Virus record (IMG/VR): IMGVR_UViG_3300045988_159010 | Origin: a virus | Reading direction: 5' to 3' (one strand) | DNA length: 64,000 bases | Part shown: positions 18,075 to 28,313 of the stretch, in pieces | How positions within the stretch are numbered: the first letter of the stretch is position 1 | How the letters are laid out: each line of letters starts with the position of its first letter | Position numbers and translations under genes: made by a program | Notes under the pieces: model-generated | Database searches by the model: none | Seen by the model: only the letters and a program-made list of their open reading frames with translations | What the model was told of the DNA's origin: nothing

Positions 18075-18342
18075 CAATATTTACCTCGTTTGTCTAAAAA
18101 TCTAAATTCCAATTACAAGTTTGATTTCCAATTACTGGTTTAATATAATTATTTTCTAATTCTAATTTAGCTAATTCATATTCAGCAAATAATTCTATAT
18201 ACTCATTATGATAATCATCAAAAGCTTTATTTCTAATATTTTGTCTAATTAAAAATTGACATAAATTTTTTCTAGCTTCAATTTCATAATTTAATTTCTA
18301 AAGATAATTTACTTCTTCTTGAGGAATTATAATCTTCTTCAT
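18061..18342 (-). CDS. small protein (about 93 aa, two in-frame TAG) immediately upstream of and overlapping the rSAM start; possible precursor or partner peptide
   Basis: TAAGAAAGGAATAAAAAT-ATG; MKKIIIPQEEVNYL-TAG-KLNYEIEARKNLCQFLIRQN...NQTCNWNLDF-TAG-TNEVNIDVIS-TAA. Confidence 0.4.
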
Positions 18343-18449
18343 ATTTTTATTCCTTTCTTATATAAGAAATTTAATTATTTAATTAATATAATATGCCCTA
18401 TATAAATAATTATAACATAAAAATAAGAGAAAGTCAATTTGACTTTCTC

Positions 18450-18758
18450 TTACAAACCAAGCTTTTCAATTAAAGCTTTTAAATTTTCTTCTTCTTCTGG
18501 ACTAATTTCTGTAGCCTTTTTCGCAGGCTGAATTGTTGCTCCATCTTCAAAATTAAGTTCATTATTACCAAAATCCATAGAACCAAAAGATTCAACTGGA
18601 GTTTTTGGACAAGTCAGACTAATTGCAATCTGAATATATTGTCCATTTTCTTTAGCTCGCACATAATACTTTTTATCATAAGATCCGAGGAAATCTTCGC
18701 CAAATGCTTCTGCAATTTTTTCTACAACAGCATCTTTAGCAATACTACCTTTTGCCAT
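18450..18758 (-). CDS. hypothetical protein (102 aa)
   Basis: ORF; start overlaps upstream stop in TAATG arrangement. Confidence 0.45.
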   Translation of the reverse strand: MAKGSIAKDAVVEKIAEAFGEDFLGSYDKKYYVRAKENGQYIQIAISLTCPKTPVESFGSMDFGNNELNFEDGATIQPAKKATEISPEEEENLKALIEKLGL

Positions 18759-20083
18759 TATTCATTATTCTCCCTATCAAATAAAATTTCATCATAACAA
18801 GCTTCACAGTAGTAAGCATTGTTTTCTTTATCATAAATTAAATCTTTTTTATCATAATACATATTACAATTATCACATATCTAATAATTGTCTCCGCAAC
18901 TGCGGCATACATAACCATCATCATCATCTAATGATATTGCTTCAGGAATATAGATACGTCTACCACATTCTCTACAGAAAGTAAAATCTTCTGTTTCTTC
19001 TGTACCATATTTAAGTTCGCAATCAATACAAAGCATTGTATCTGTTAAAACACAATCATTTTTACCACAAATACAACATTTTACATCATGTCCTATATTA
19101 ACTTTAGTAGTAGTACGAGTTCTTGGAAGAATTAATTTATCTTGCGGAATACCTTCTTCATGCCAATAAGGTTCACTATAAGCAATACTAAACCAATAGT
19201 CATATACAGTAGAATGAAGAGGGTCATTATAATGTAAAGGATTTTTTGGGTCAACAATAACCTTAATATCTGGAGTCATTACATATCCAGTAGGCAATAA
19301 ACGGCTATCATTAGAGAAAATTTTATCATTTATTGTAAATGTATTATACTTTTCATGACACCAATCAGTAAAACGGTATCCTTGCCCGAAAAATGTTTCA
19401 TATAATTCAAGAGCAAAATCTTGCAATCCTTTACTTTCATAAGGATAATGCCGACCTGAAATAACCATAGTGTCATCATCAGATACATGAAGAAGCATAC
19501 GCCACTTCTTATCTGCCCATGGTACATCATCTGGGAATCTAGGTAAAACCGCATCATGTTCACTCTTAATATAGCATATAATTGTACAATTATCTGCCAT
19601 ATAAGATAAATTACCAGCACGGTATTCTCCATCAAGGGCATGGCATGACCGCCAATTATGTGTATTTTCACTCAAACTAAGATAATCCAATGGATGAACT
19701 GACATACAAAAATATCCACTAATTTTTGTATTTTGAATAAGCATACTAGCTTTATCTTGTATTTCAGTAAGAATTTCCTTATCTTCTACAAAATATTTAA
19801 ATGCTTTAATTATTTTCATTCCTTTTGGAATAACAGTTCCATTATTCATTGAATAATCTTCATTTAAAATATTATTATAAAAATTTTTTCTATTATTTTC
19901 AACAAAATCTCTTAATTCAAATAAGCCATAACGCCAACGAATATTATCAATAAAACAATCTAATTCAGCTTTTTTATCATCTTCTGAAATAGACATTGTA
20001 ATAGGTGTATGGCTTTGATAAATTAATTTATTACCAGGAAGCCTACTATAAAATTTGCATTTATTCTCTTCCCAATCATTCAT
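18758..20083 (-). CDS. large paralogue A of a three-member family (about 441 aa) with HPLDY motif and C-terminal multi-CxxC Zn-ribbon tail; TAG at 18881-18883
   Basis: SVHPLDYLSLSENTHNWRSCHALDGEYRAGN conserved with 22678-24321 and 29751-31415; C-terminal CCICGKNDC...CIDCE...CREC...CRSCGDNY-TAG-ICDNCNMYY...CEACYDE. Confidence 0.55.
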
Positions 20084-20163
20084 TAATTTATCAATATTTA
20101 AAAGGTTAATGTCCAGCCCCTATGAATAGGCAATAACCTTCTTTACTTGTTCTTTAATTTCAT

Positions 20164-21162
20164 TTAAATTACAACAGGGACTCGACATTTATCACATACT
20201 CTTTCTCTCATATTATTTGAATAAAATAAATTATAGCACTTTTCACATTGATGAATATTAGGATCAAGGGCCAAACATTCAGGACATACATGAACTTTTA
20301 CTCCATCAATATCAAGAGGAAAATCTTCCCACTCATAATACAACTGATTACAAAAACTACAATTAAGAAGTTTATCATCATCAAAATCATAAGGCATATG
20401 ATATTTATTAGTTAATGTAATCCACTGAAGATATTCCTTACTAGGAATAAACTTATATTTATCTGCATTTTCGATATCATCAAGCATTTTACATACTTTA
20501 TTAATTGTATTATACAATGTTCTAATATGTAAATCTTCATTTTGAGTATGTTCATGATGATAGCCAACTGATAAATTTACTCCGGCAATTTCCCATTCAG
20601 GCATAATAATACTAATATCTGTAAATGATCCAATTGCTTGCCTAAAACCAAAACTTTCAACATAATCTACAAATGTAAAATTTTCACATTCATAGAAAAC
20701 ACAATCTTTTTCACCAGCTCTATCCAGCTCAATCATATATTTAATATCTGGGGCTACTGGATGTGCTTCAATGAACATATGGGCACCATAACCGCCCATT
20801 TCTTCATCTGTTGTAAAAAGGACATAAGGTCTATACTTCTTACGCAAAATTTGAATAATCGCAAAAACACCTGCTCTATCGTCTGCTCCAAGACCTTCCT
20901 TGCCTTTATAAACAGCTCTTTTCTCATTATAAGTAAATTGACGAATTGGCTGTCTAAATACAGTATCTACGTGTGCGATAAGCATTACAGGAATATTGCC
21001 TTCAGCGTATACATAATCTTCTGTAATTTCTACATTAGAATATTTATTAGATACAAAATCACCAAGAGCTTTTAAAAGACCTACTTCACTAATCTTGAAT
21101 AGCCCTTCCAAAAGCCCTCTACAATTTTCAGTAAAATCAGGAACTAAAACTTTTTTACCCAT
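20164..21162 (-). CDS. M20/M28/M42-family zinc metallopeptidase with C-terminal Zn-ribbon tail (332 aa)
   Basis: HVDTV, GADDRAG, TTDEEMG metal-ligand motifs; C-terminal CSFCN...CPEC...CEKC...CDKC. Confidence 0.6.
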   Translation of the reverse strand: MGKKVLVPDFTENCRGLLEGLFKISEVGLLKALGDFVSNKYSNVEITEDYVYAEGNIPVMLIAHVDTVFRQPIRQFTYNEKRAVYKGKEGLGADDRAGVFAIIQILRKKYRPYVLFTTDEEMGGYGAHMFIEAHPVAPDIKYMIELDRAGEKDCVFYECENFTFVDYVESFGFRQAIGSFTDISIIMPEWEIAGVNLSVGYHHEHTQNEDLHIRTLYNTINKVCKMLDDIENADKYKFIPSKEYLQWITLTNKYHMPYDFDDDKLLNCSFCNQLYYEWEDFPLDIDGVKVHVCPECLALDPNIHQCEKCYNLFYSNNMRERVCDKCRVPVVI

Positions 21163-21216
21163 TTCTTATTCCCTTCTATTATTATATAAATATTATATAA
21201 TAATTTTATTAAATAA

Positions 21217-22044
21217 TCAATTAGGGCTTATCTGTTCTTGGTCTTCTCCCTCATGTTCAGCAATGTACTCCTTGGCCCATTGACGTCCGGCCCGTTCGAA
21301 ATATAATACTTTATCACACATTTGACAATAAGGTTTTGGCGTTTCACATACTTGTTTACAATTAAGACGCATTTCATCAAGACCTTCATATACTAATCTA
21401 TCATCAATATTAGTATTAAGACCAAAAATTAATGAATTCATGTCATTCGGCCAAGACTTATCTTCAAAATAAATGCGGTAGAAGGCTCGTTCTTGGGTGG
21501 GTCCATCATTTTCAAATTCACAAACATCAAAATATGGCTCATAAATATCAAGTTTTTCTGGACGGACCCAAGTGCCATGTAACCCACTCATTTGTGGAAT
21601 ATGACCTTGGATATATGCCCGATTTGGCACAAGTCTTAATGGAATATCTATTTTTTTTACTTCATTTAAATCAAAGAAAATAGGAGCATCAATATAAGCA
21701 TATGATACACCTAATTTTTTTAGATTATACAGCTCATAATATGTTTTTACTGGTTCACTATAAAAAAATTTAAAATCGTATTTCTCCATCCAGCGTAATG
21801 TAAGCAAAGGATTTAGATCATGCAGCCGAATATAGAAGGTATGACCCTAATGCAGGCCGGCCTTGCATGCGGCTATACTTTTCCAATCCATTGGTTTGCC
21901 TTTTGGAGCATCTATAATAAAATCTTTATCAGGATATTTCTCTACCAAATCAAGAAGATGGTCAATAAATGCCCATTTAACCTCTACCTATTCTGCCTTT
22001 TGGAGATACTGTTCTTCTTGATTATGTCTTAAACAAACTTTCAT
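21217..22044 (-). CDS. hypothetical protein (about 275 aa) with two in-frame TAG and a C-terminal Cys cluster
   Basis: AAAAGGAGTAGATAAAA-ATG; MKVCLRHNQEEQYLQKAE-TAG-VEVKWAF...GLH-TAG-GHTFYIRLHDLNPLLTLRWMEKY... continuous with track ORF 21217-21807. Confidence 0.45.
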
Positions 22045-22210
22045 TTTTATCTACTCCTTTTTATATTATTTTACCATATTATTAGCATTTAGTCAAAAAA
22101 ATTCTTAAACCACTTTTCAATTTGGATGTTCGGTATAGACGCTTGACCTTGGCCGGAGCAGCACCCTAAAATGGCAAAACAAAAGGGTCGGTTTCCCGAC
22201 CCTTCATTTA

Positions 22211-22606
22211 TTAAGCTCTTGCGTAACACATGGCGTGCCGCGTCTTCTCACCCTCGCCGCCGGGGACCTTCATCTCCTGCTTCTTCACCAGACCATCGCG
22301 GACAAGACCGGCCAGACGATGACGAACCTTACCAAGGGTAATCTCTTCATCATCAATGGTATCGTGAATTACATCAGCAGTGCGGAACTGCTCATCAACT
22401 GCGGCAAATACCTTCTCGCGTGCAACATCAGGCTCAGCCTTCTTAGCTTCACGCTTCTCACGGTCCTTGGCATTACGCTGGTCAATACGGTCAATCTCTG
22501 ACTGACAAAAATCAACCAGAGTCTGTGCATCAACCTCAACCTCTTCACCACACAGCTTGCCAATCAGAGCATCATACAGCTCACGCTTCGTAAACTTCTT
22601 TTCCAT
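22211..22606 (-). CDS. GC-rich island gene (131 aa); family shared with 51594-51971 and 54422-54808 in the GC-rich block
   Basis: C-terminal ...LVRDGLVKKQEMK... parallels ...LVEDGRVIKTTEKRRVYYTKA; flanked by GC-rich hairpin AAGGGTCGGTTTCCCGACCCTT; driven by an AT-rich phage promoter motif at about 22630. Confidence 0.5.
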   Translation of the reverse strand: MEKKFTKRELYDALIGKLCGEEVEVDAQTLVDFCQSEIDRIDQRNAKDREKREAKKAEPDVAREKVFAAVDEQFRTADVIHDTIDDEEITLGKVRHRLAGLVRDGLVKKQEMKVPGGEGEKTRHAMCYARA

Positions 22607-22677
22607 AATTTAATAACTCCTTTTATTTTTCCTTTATTTTATGTATATATTATATTATTTTATTTTTAAAATTTCAA

Positions 22678-24321
22678 TTAAATCGCAATTGGCGTATTGC
22701 CATTATAGAAACGCTCAGGATAACGACGAATAGCATAAGGATAATTGTTAATTATAGTAGAATAAGGATCATTAGAAATTATCTTTTTAGCTTCTACATT
22801 TAAATCATCTTCTTCAATCAAGAGAGCTGTCATACCATAATAAGGACCGCCATCTAATCGAATTGTTTCAGCTCTAATATCAATATCTCCTAGATACTTT
22901 AAATATTCTTTATTGGCAAGACAATCAGCACAAATATAATGTTCATCATAGTCAACATTAATAGTTTGATTATCGATGTGTCCAACGAATACCGGAGTAA
23001 AATCATCCTCAAAATGAGCATCTTCACAGCACATACATCTAGGCAAATCATGATAACAATCTTCACAAACTAATTCGCCATCTACTTCAATTGAATTACT
23101 TGCATTAATTCGTTCGCCACAGCAATAACAATACTCAGGTGGATCGCATTCTTCGCAAACAACTGCTTCAGTATCATCATCCCAATAATCTTTTCCGCCG
23201 CAACACATACAAGTCATTAAACCAGAATAATTAATTGCGAATGTACGATATTTATTGTCTGGTGGATTAATTGAAAAAATTCCATAATTTTCTGTATTAC
23301 CAAAATCATTATACATTTCATTTGTTTCAAAATCCAACAGGAAACGATTATCTTCATCTTCTTTATCTTGCCAAGCTTCGATATAAGAGCAACTATCTAA
23401 ACTTTCTTGTGGCTTTTTTCTATTATAACGCCATTCGGTTTTTTCTTCAACCAAATTAGCAAGCCAATTCACAAGAGCTTTATCAAATGCAATATTGTAA
23501 TAAGGATAAGATTTTACAGAACAAATAGCTTTTGGATGAACAATAATCAATTCTCTCCAACTTTTGGAAGTCCACTCAATTGAAGTATTTGCTGGATAAT
23601 AAGGTTTAGTAGTAATATATGCTACAACAACTAATGGACTATTCATCATTTCAATAGTACCAGCACGATAACTTCCCGGTCCTTGAGTCCAATTCATACA
23701 ACTTTCCCAACAATTTGCATTATCGCTCATAGTCATATAATCCAAGGGATGAATAGACAAAGTAAATTTAATTTTAGATTTACGTACTTCAGTAATACGT
23801 GAAACATGATTGCGAAAAATTTCAAAATCAGGCAAATCAAATTCTTTAGCCATTTTCTGAAGAACTTTCATTACCTTAGCTCCTTCTGGAACTTTAACTA
23901 CTTTACCATCTTTATTGTGATAAGTAAATCCTTTAACAACTCTATTAGTAAAAAGTTGATAAGCTTGAGTTAAATTATATATCGCATGCCTTGTTGCATA
24001 AGTATTTTCAAAATAAGTAGTATCAGATTCAAATAATCTACGAAGATTTGTAATAAAATTGATACCAGGATTAGTGCTATAGAGATACTCATTAACTTCT
24101 CTTACTTTTTTGTTATCTCCATCTTCAACCTGGATTTCCTTCTCCAACATTAACTTTTCGCCAAAAATATTAAATAGAGTTTGTTTACTCTTATTCCATT
24201 CTCGAAGGATATAATCAAGAGATGCTTTGAGTTTAATAGGGGAATTAACGCCACCCCATGTTTCAATATATTCAGTAATATATTTCTTATCTTGTGCCGT
24301 TAATGCTTCATAAGGTGTCAT
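22678..24321 (-). CDS. large paralogue B (547 aa) with HPLDY motif and C-terminal multi-CxxC tail
   Basis: SIHPLDYMTMSDNANCWESCMNWTQGPGSYRAGTIEMMNSP; CMCCGGKDYW...CEECDPPEYCYCCGE...CEDCYHDLPRCMCCE. Confidence 0.55.
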   Translation of the reverse strand: MTPYEALTAQDKKYITEYIETWGGVNSPIKLKASLDYILREWNKSKQTLFNIFGEKLMLEKEIQVEDGDNKKVREVNEYLYSTNPGINFITNLRRLFESDTTYFENTYATRHAIYNLTQAYQLFTNRVVKGFTYHNKDGKVVKVPEGAKVMKVLQKMAKEFDLPDFEIFRNHVSRITEVRKSKIKFTLSIHPLDYMTMSDNANCWESCMNWTQGPGSYRAGTIEMMNSPLVVVAYITTKPYYPANTSIEWTSKSWRELIIVHPKAICSVKSYPYYNIAFDKALVNWLANLVEEKTEWRYNRKKPQESLDSCSYIEAWQDKEDEDNRFLLDFETNEMYNDFGNTENYGIFSINPPDNKYRTFAINYSGLMTCMCCGGKDYWDDDTEAVVCEECDPPEYCYCCGERINASNSIEVDGELVCEDCYHDLPRCMCCEDAHFEDDFTPVFVGHIDNQTINVDYDEHYICADCLANKEYLKYLGDIDIRAETIRLDGGPYYGMTALLIEEDDLNVEAKKIISNDPYSTIINNYPYAIRRYPERFYNGNTPIAI

Positions 24322-24347
24322 GATTATTTACTCCCTTTATTTTTTCT

Positions 24348-24385
24348 ATAAATATTTTATAATATTTTTTTATAAAAATAAAAAA
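24348..24385 (-). promoter_or_regulatory. AT-rich promoter-like motif copy with adjacent terminator hairpin GGGATAAAGAATCAAATCTTTATCCC (24386-24411)
   Basis: TTTTCTATAAATATTTTATAATATTTTTTTATAAAAATAAAA upstream of gene 22678-24321. Confidence 0.45.
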
Positions 24386-24424
24386 GGGATAAAGAATCAA
24401 ATCTTTATCCCTTTTTATCTATGT

Positions 24425-24925
24425 TTAATTATCTTTTTTCTGATTATATGTCACAATAGGTTCACAAACGAAGCAACACATAGCACAAGAAACTTTAACA
24501 GCTTCTTCTGAATCATGTCCAAGATGAAGTGCTGTCAAAGCATAAGGAGCACCAGCACCGATGGCATAATAATCTTTAATTTCTCTAACCAAATATCCAC
24601 AAATCTGGAAAAGATGACCTTCAAAAGCCATTAAATAACTATTCTTAATATCACGAGTATTAGCAATATCGCCTTTCCATTTACCAAATTCAGCAAAATA
24701 ATTAAGAATTTCTCTCTCTGTAGCATTAAGCGGCTGATGATTTTCCATATATAGCCACATAAGGCTACATTCATCTGCATTACCAACACTACCAACAATC
24801 ATATCATTTAAAGAAATAATTTTAGTAAAGTTAGTATTAGGGTCTTTTTCCCATCCATTAGTTAAAATACTATCTGCAGACATTTGAATATTATTATCAT
24901 ATACCTTCGCGGCAACTACGCTCAT
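24425..24925 (-). CDS. HslV/proteasome-beta-like Ntn-hydrolase (166 aa)
   Basis: YAIGAGAPYALTALHLG parallels HslV IAIGSGGPYAQAAARAL; DMIVGSVGNAD Gly-rich strand; N-terminal MSVVAAK. Confidence 0.45.
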   Translation of the reverse strand: MSVVAAKVYDNNIQMSADSILTNGWEKDPNTNFTKIISLNDMIVGSVGNADECSLMWLYMENHQPLNATEREILNYFAEFGKWKGDIANTRDIKNSYLMAFEGHLFQICGYLVREIKDYYAIGAGAPYALTALHLGHDSEEAVKVSCAMCCFVCEPIVTYNQKKDN

Positions 24926-24951
24926 TTTATATTACCTCATTTAATATTATT

Positions 24952-25539
24952 TTATTTATAAATTATTCCTTTTAACAAATCGGGTAATTCATTATTAAGG
25001 ACTTCTTTCCACCCAATTATGTTACCTTCAAAGCCTTCAAGGTCTTTGAAATTGCCAGTTGGGCAAGTTTGACTAATCTTACTATCTACAACAAGCTCAA
25101 TTAATTCATCACAAATAATACCGTGAATTAAATCCCAGTTTTTTGTATGGCGGTCTTGCTTTTCATCAGCTTTAACTACCTTAATTTCTGAACCATCTTC
25201 ACAAATAAAAATCCATTTTGAACCAATCTTACCGAAATACCTTCCAAGAGCACAAGCAGTATAGCCATCATCAGTAGCTAATGTGCCGTTTTCCTAAACA
25301 GTTAAATAATTATGAATTAAATCCCATTGAGGACTATCAGTAGATGTAATATCAGTCCACCATTCAAAGGGTTTATTAGTATGGTCGATTCCGCAATTAC
25401 AATATTCTGTAGGACCGTATTCGATTTCTGACCTGCTTCCGCCATCAGCACTATAATTTATTACGTTAAAAGCATTTACTGGCATCATCATTAAAGCAAT
25501 CATAGCGATTACAAGAATGACATTTAAGAATTTTCGCAT
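24952..25539 (-). CDS. secreted protein (about 195 aa) with signal peptide; in-frame TAG at 25294-25296
   Basis: MRKFLNVILVIAMIALMMMPVNA signal; frame continues ...NYLTV-TAG-ENGTLATDDGYTACALGRYFGKIGSKWIFICEDG...LLKGIIYK-TAA. Confidence 0.45.
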
Positions 25540-25632
25540 ATTAATTCTCCTTTAATATAAAATAAATAACTAGTAAATAATACTATATTTTATATGAAAA
25601 GTCAAATTTAATAGCTAAAAAGAATTGACCGT

Positions 25633-26412
25633 TTAGATGCGGTCAATGTTATTTACAGTATCATCCATTTTATCATGCCAGAGAAAAATATCCTCTAATG
25701 GGTCCATACAGTTAAAATAAAAGATATTATGTCTATTTACAAAGCGGTCAACATGATGATGCCCGCTGAGCCACACATCATATGTAATCATATTCTTAAT
25801 AGTTTCAAGCCACTCTTCCATAGATGTATCTACAGTAGATTGGTCTACTACTGAAAGAAATTTATCAACTGGCCTAAGAGAATAAGGGCAAGTGTGCGAG
25901 AGCACAAGGTCAAAATGCTTGTTAGTCTGCCGAATAAGTCTCTCTACTTCTGACTTCTCTGCATCAGTCAACTGCTCATCTTCCCACCAGAGCAGATTAT
26001 TTTTAAGACGGTAATATTTATCAACAGAGTAAGCCCCGCAGATGACCAACGTGCGATATTCTCTATCTTCTGTTTTAAGATAATAAACCCCATAATTATC
26101 AAAATATTTAATCAAAGGGTAGGCCGGCTCATACCATACGTTAGCTTGGACATTACTATCCCAAATGCGTTCCATACCTTCAACATTCTCAGGACGTACC
26201 TCATGGTTACCACGCACGCAATAGATAGAATATCCAAACTGGCTTGCATACTTTTTCTTCATATCATCCCGGAATGTATTGCCACTATTGAAACCTACAT
26301 CACCAAGGATAATAATTGCGTAGTCTTTTGGATTTAAAATTCTAAACATTCTTGCGTTAAGCCATGTGAAATCGCCATGACAATCGCCTCTAATCAGATA
26401 GTCCTTGAACAT
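25633..26412 (-). CDS. calcineurin-like metallophosphoesterase (259 aa)
   Basis: GDCHGD, LGDVGFNSG, RGNHE motifs. Confidence 0.65.
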   Translation of the reverse strand: MFKDYLIRGDCHGDFTWLNARMFRILNPKDYAIIILGDVGFNSGNTFRDDMKKKYASQFGYSIYCVRGNHEVRPENVEGMERIWDSNVQANVWYEPAYPLIKYFDNYGVYYLKTEDREYRTLVICGAYSVDKYYRLKNNLLWWEDEQLTDAEKSEVERLIRQTNKHFDLVLSHTCPYSLRPVDKFLSVVDQSTVDTSMEEWLETIKNMITYDVWLSGHHHVDRFVNRHNIFYFNCMDPLEDIFLWHDKMDDTVNNIDRI

Positions 26413-26425
26413 TAAAGGTCCCTCC

Positions 26426-26617
26426 TTACGTATTTTCTTCTTTAGCCAACTCTTCCTTTAATTCTTCTACTTTTTCTATAACTGCACTAAGCACAACAGC
26501 TTGAGCACCAAATCTGGTAAAATGTTCAGTCAGCCATTTACCAAGATCATCAAAATTATTTTCAATTTCTTCAATATCTCGACTATCAATTTCAATAGTC
26601 ATATTATCTTCAGACAT
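26426..26617 (-). CDS. small acidic protein (63 aa)
   Basis: ORF. Confidence 0.4.
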   Translation of the reverse strand: MSEDNMTIEIDSRDIEEIENNFDDLGKWLTEHFTRFGAQAVVLSAVIEKVEELKEELAKEENT

Positions 26618-27425
26618 TTAACATTTCCTTTACAATTCTTTTTTTCATAATAAGATAAACAATCTTATTCATAAAATCTTCAAGCTCTTCATTACCTTCA
26701 TCCTTGGTCTTAGAACAATAATCATCAGCTACTCTTGTAATATTACTAATAGCAGTATTGGCTACAATTCGTGCAGTTTCAAGATTATAATGATAATTTT
26801 TTACATCAAGAAGATAATCACCCATTGGGGCTTGAAGACAATCTGCATATTTAACACCATCAATATAACGTCCAAGGTATCTTTCAATACGAAGTAGATG
26901 CATAAGCTGCTTGCTATCATAACCATATGTATCAATCAGATGGGCCTTAGTAGGATATCTATGTTCCATTGCATGGTATTTTTCCATAGCAATACCCTTC
27001 ATTGTCTTAACTGCCTTGTAAGGATTATAGCGTGCAATAGCTTCACGCTCATTAAGCAGTGCCTGCCACTCATTCCAATACGTACTTGATGCCATTTTAT
27101 AAGGCGTGAAGATACATTCAAGATAAGCCATATTCTGTTTCTTCAAACAATCAATAAACAAACGAATATCTTTAAAATCAATATGTTCATCATTAGGAAG
27201 AATCTTGGTATAAGATACCGGCTTCTTATTCAATACAATATCTTCAAATGAAGGAAGAACAATAAGGCGGGTATCTACATCAGAATTTTGAGTATCAAGA
27301 CCATAATTCTGGCTACCATAAGCCATTAAACTAACCCAATTTTCGCTTCTAATATTAGCTGCTTCTAAATGAGTTTCTACCTTATCCATAACCCATTTAT
27401 CTGAATGGTAATTCATAATTATCAC
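26610..27425 (-). CDS. Pol-beta-superfamily nucleotidyltransferase (271 aa)
   Basis: YGSQNYGLDTQNSDVDTRLIV matches hG[GS]-x9-13-DhD NTase signature. Confidence 0.5.
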   Translation of the reverse strand: MIIMNYHSDKWVMDKVETHLEAANIRSENWVSLMAYGSQNYGLDTQNSDVDTRLIVLPSFEDIVLNKKPVSYTKILPNDEHIDFKDIRLFIDCLKKQNMAYLECIFTPYKMASSTYWNEWQALLNEREAIARYNPYKAVKTMKGIAMEKYHAMEHRYPTKAHLIDTYGYDSKQLMHLLRIERYLGRYIDGVKYADCLQAPMGDYLLDVKNYHYNLETARIVANTAISNITRVADDYCSKTKDEGNEELEDFMNKIVYLIMKKRIVKEMLNV

Positions 27426-27661
27426 TCTCCATACATAATTTCAATTAAATCTCTGGTCAAAGCCGCTTCATTTTCAAGGCTATTAACCTTATTCATATAT
27501 CCATCAGCATCCCAATCCAAATCTCTGGCTCTGGTACGAAGCTGAACAGGTGTCATATCCAGAAGTTCAGGATGCTCTTTAACCAAATCAAGAATATCTT
27601 CTTTCTGATATTTATTCCAATCAGTTTTTTCAACCAGTTTAATCAATTCTGCTATATTCAT
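27422..27661 (-). CDS. small protein (about 80 aa; track ORF 5' extension probably spurious)
   Basis: MNIAELIKLVEKTDWNKYQKEDILDLVKEHPELLDM... Confidence 0.3.
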   Translation of the reverse strand: MNIAELIKLVEKTDWNKYQKEDILDLVKEHPELLDMTPVQLRTRARDLDWDADGYMNKVNSLENEAALTRDLIEIMYGE

Positions 27662-27890
27662 CGTCTTCAAAAATCCCTTCATATACAAATCCAATAGTAT
27701 CAGAATAAACATTATCAATAGCATCATACTCTCGCACGTGTGAATAGCCCCAATAATATCTACTCTCTCCGGCGGCTTTCCGAATAATTTGATTAGCATA
27801 TTCAGCATCAAGGGCAGCAACTAGACTAAATCCATGCCAACCCACCTGCGGCGGAACCAGATATACTTTACATTTATATTCAGTCATCAA
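27639..27890 (-). CDS. hypothetical protein (83 aa)
   Basis: ORF. Confidence 0.35.
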   Translation of the reverse strand: MMTEYKCKVYLVPPQVGWHGFSLVAALDAEYANQIIRKAAGESRYYWGYSHVREYDAIDNVYSDTIGFVYEGIFEDDEYSRID

Positions 27891-28152
27891 TAGTCTCCTT
27901 TACAACCCATTTGTATTCATTTTCCTCAGTAGCATTTCTGCAATGAAAATCTGGACAATAGCCATAACTTTCAGCAATCATCTGATGGTCGCTATCCTTA
28001 TGGAGTGAACAACCATATGGTCCACCATTTACAATCTGCATATTTCCATCTTTATCTTTCTCAAAAAAATAATCTAGAATAACATATTTACAAACATTAC
28101 AACAGGCCAAGCGGAGACATTCTTCTGAGCATGCAATCATTTTATGAATCAT
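27880..28152 (-). CDS. small Cys-rich protein (90 aa)
   Basis: CSEECLRLACCNVC...CSLH...CPDFHC. Confidence 0.4.
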   Translation of the reverse strand: MIHKMIACSEECLRLACCNVCKYVILDYFFEKDKDGNMQIVNGGPYGCSLHKDSDHQMIAESYGYCPDFHCRNATEENEYKWVVKETIDD

Positions 28153-28313
28153 TTTTCTTCTCCTTATAATAAGGGCATTTTGAACAAGTCCAAGAAAAAA
28201 TTTCTTTTTTCTTTTTATTCTTTAAACAATAATACTTATAATCAGGATGATCGAACACATCACCGTGCCAAGGAGTCGTATCTTCATAACTAAAATATTT
28301 ACATTCAGCCATA

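Noticed and set aside
27422-27820. Full-length track ORF 27422-27820 (132 aa)
   Set aside because: The N-terminal 50 residues overlap gene 27639-27890 in another frame and read as hydrophobic noise. Only the downstream about 80 aa (from MNIAELIK) look genuine.
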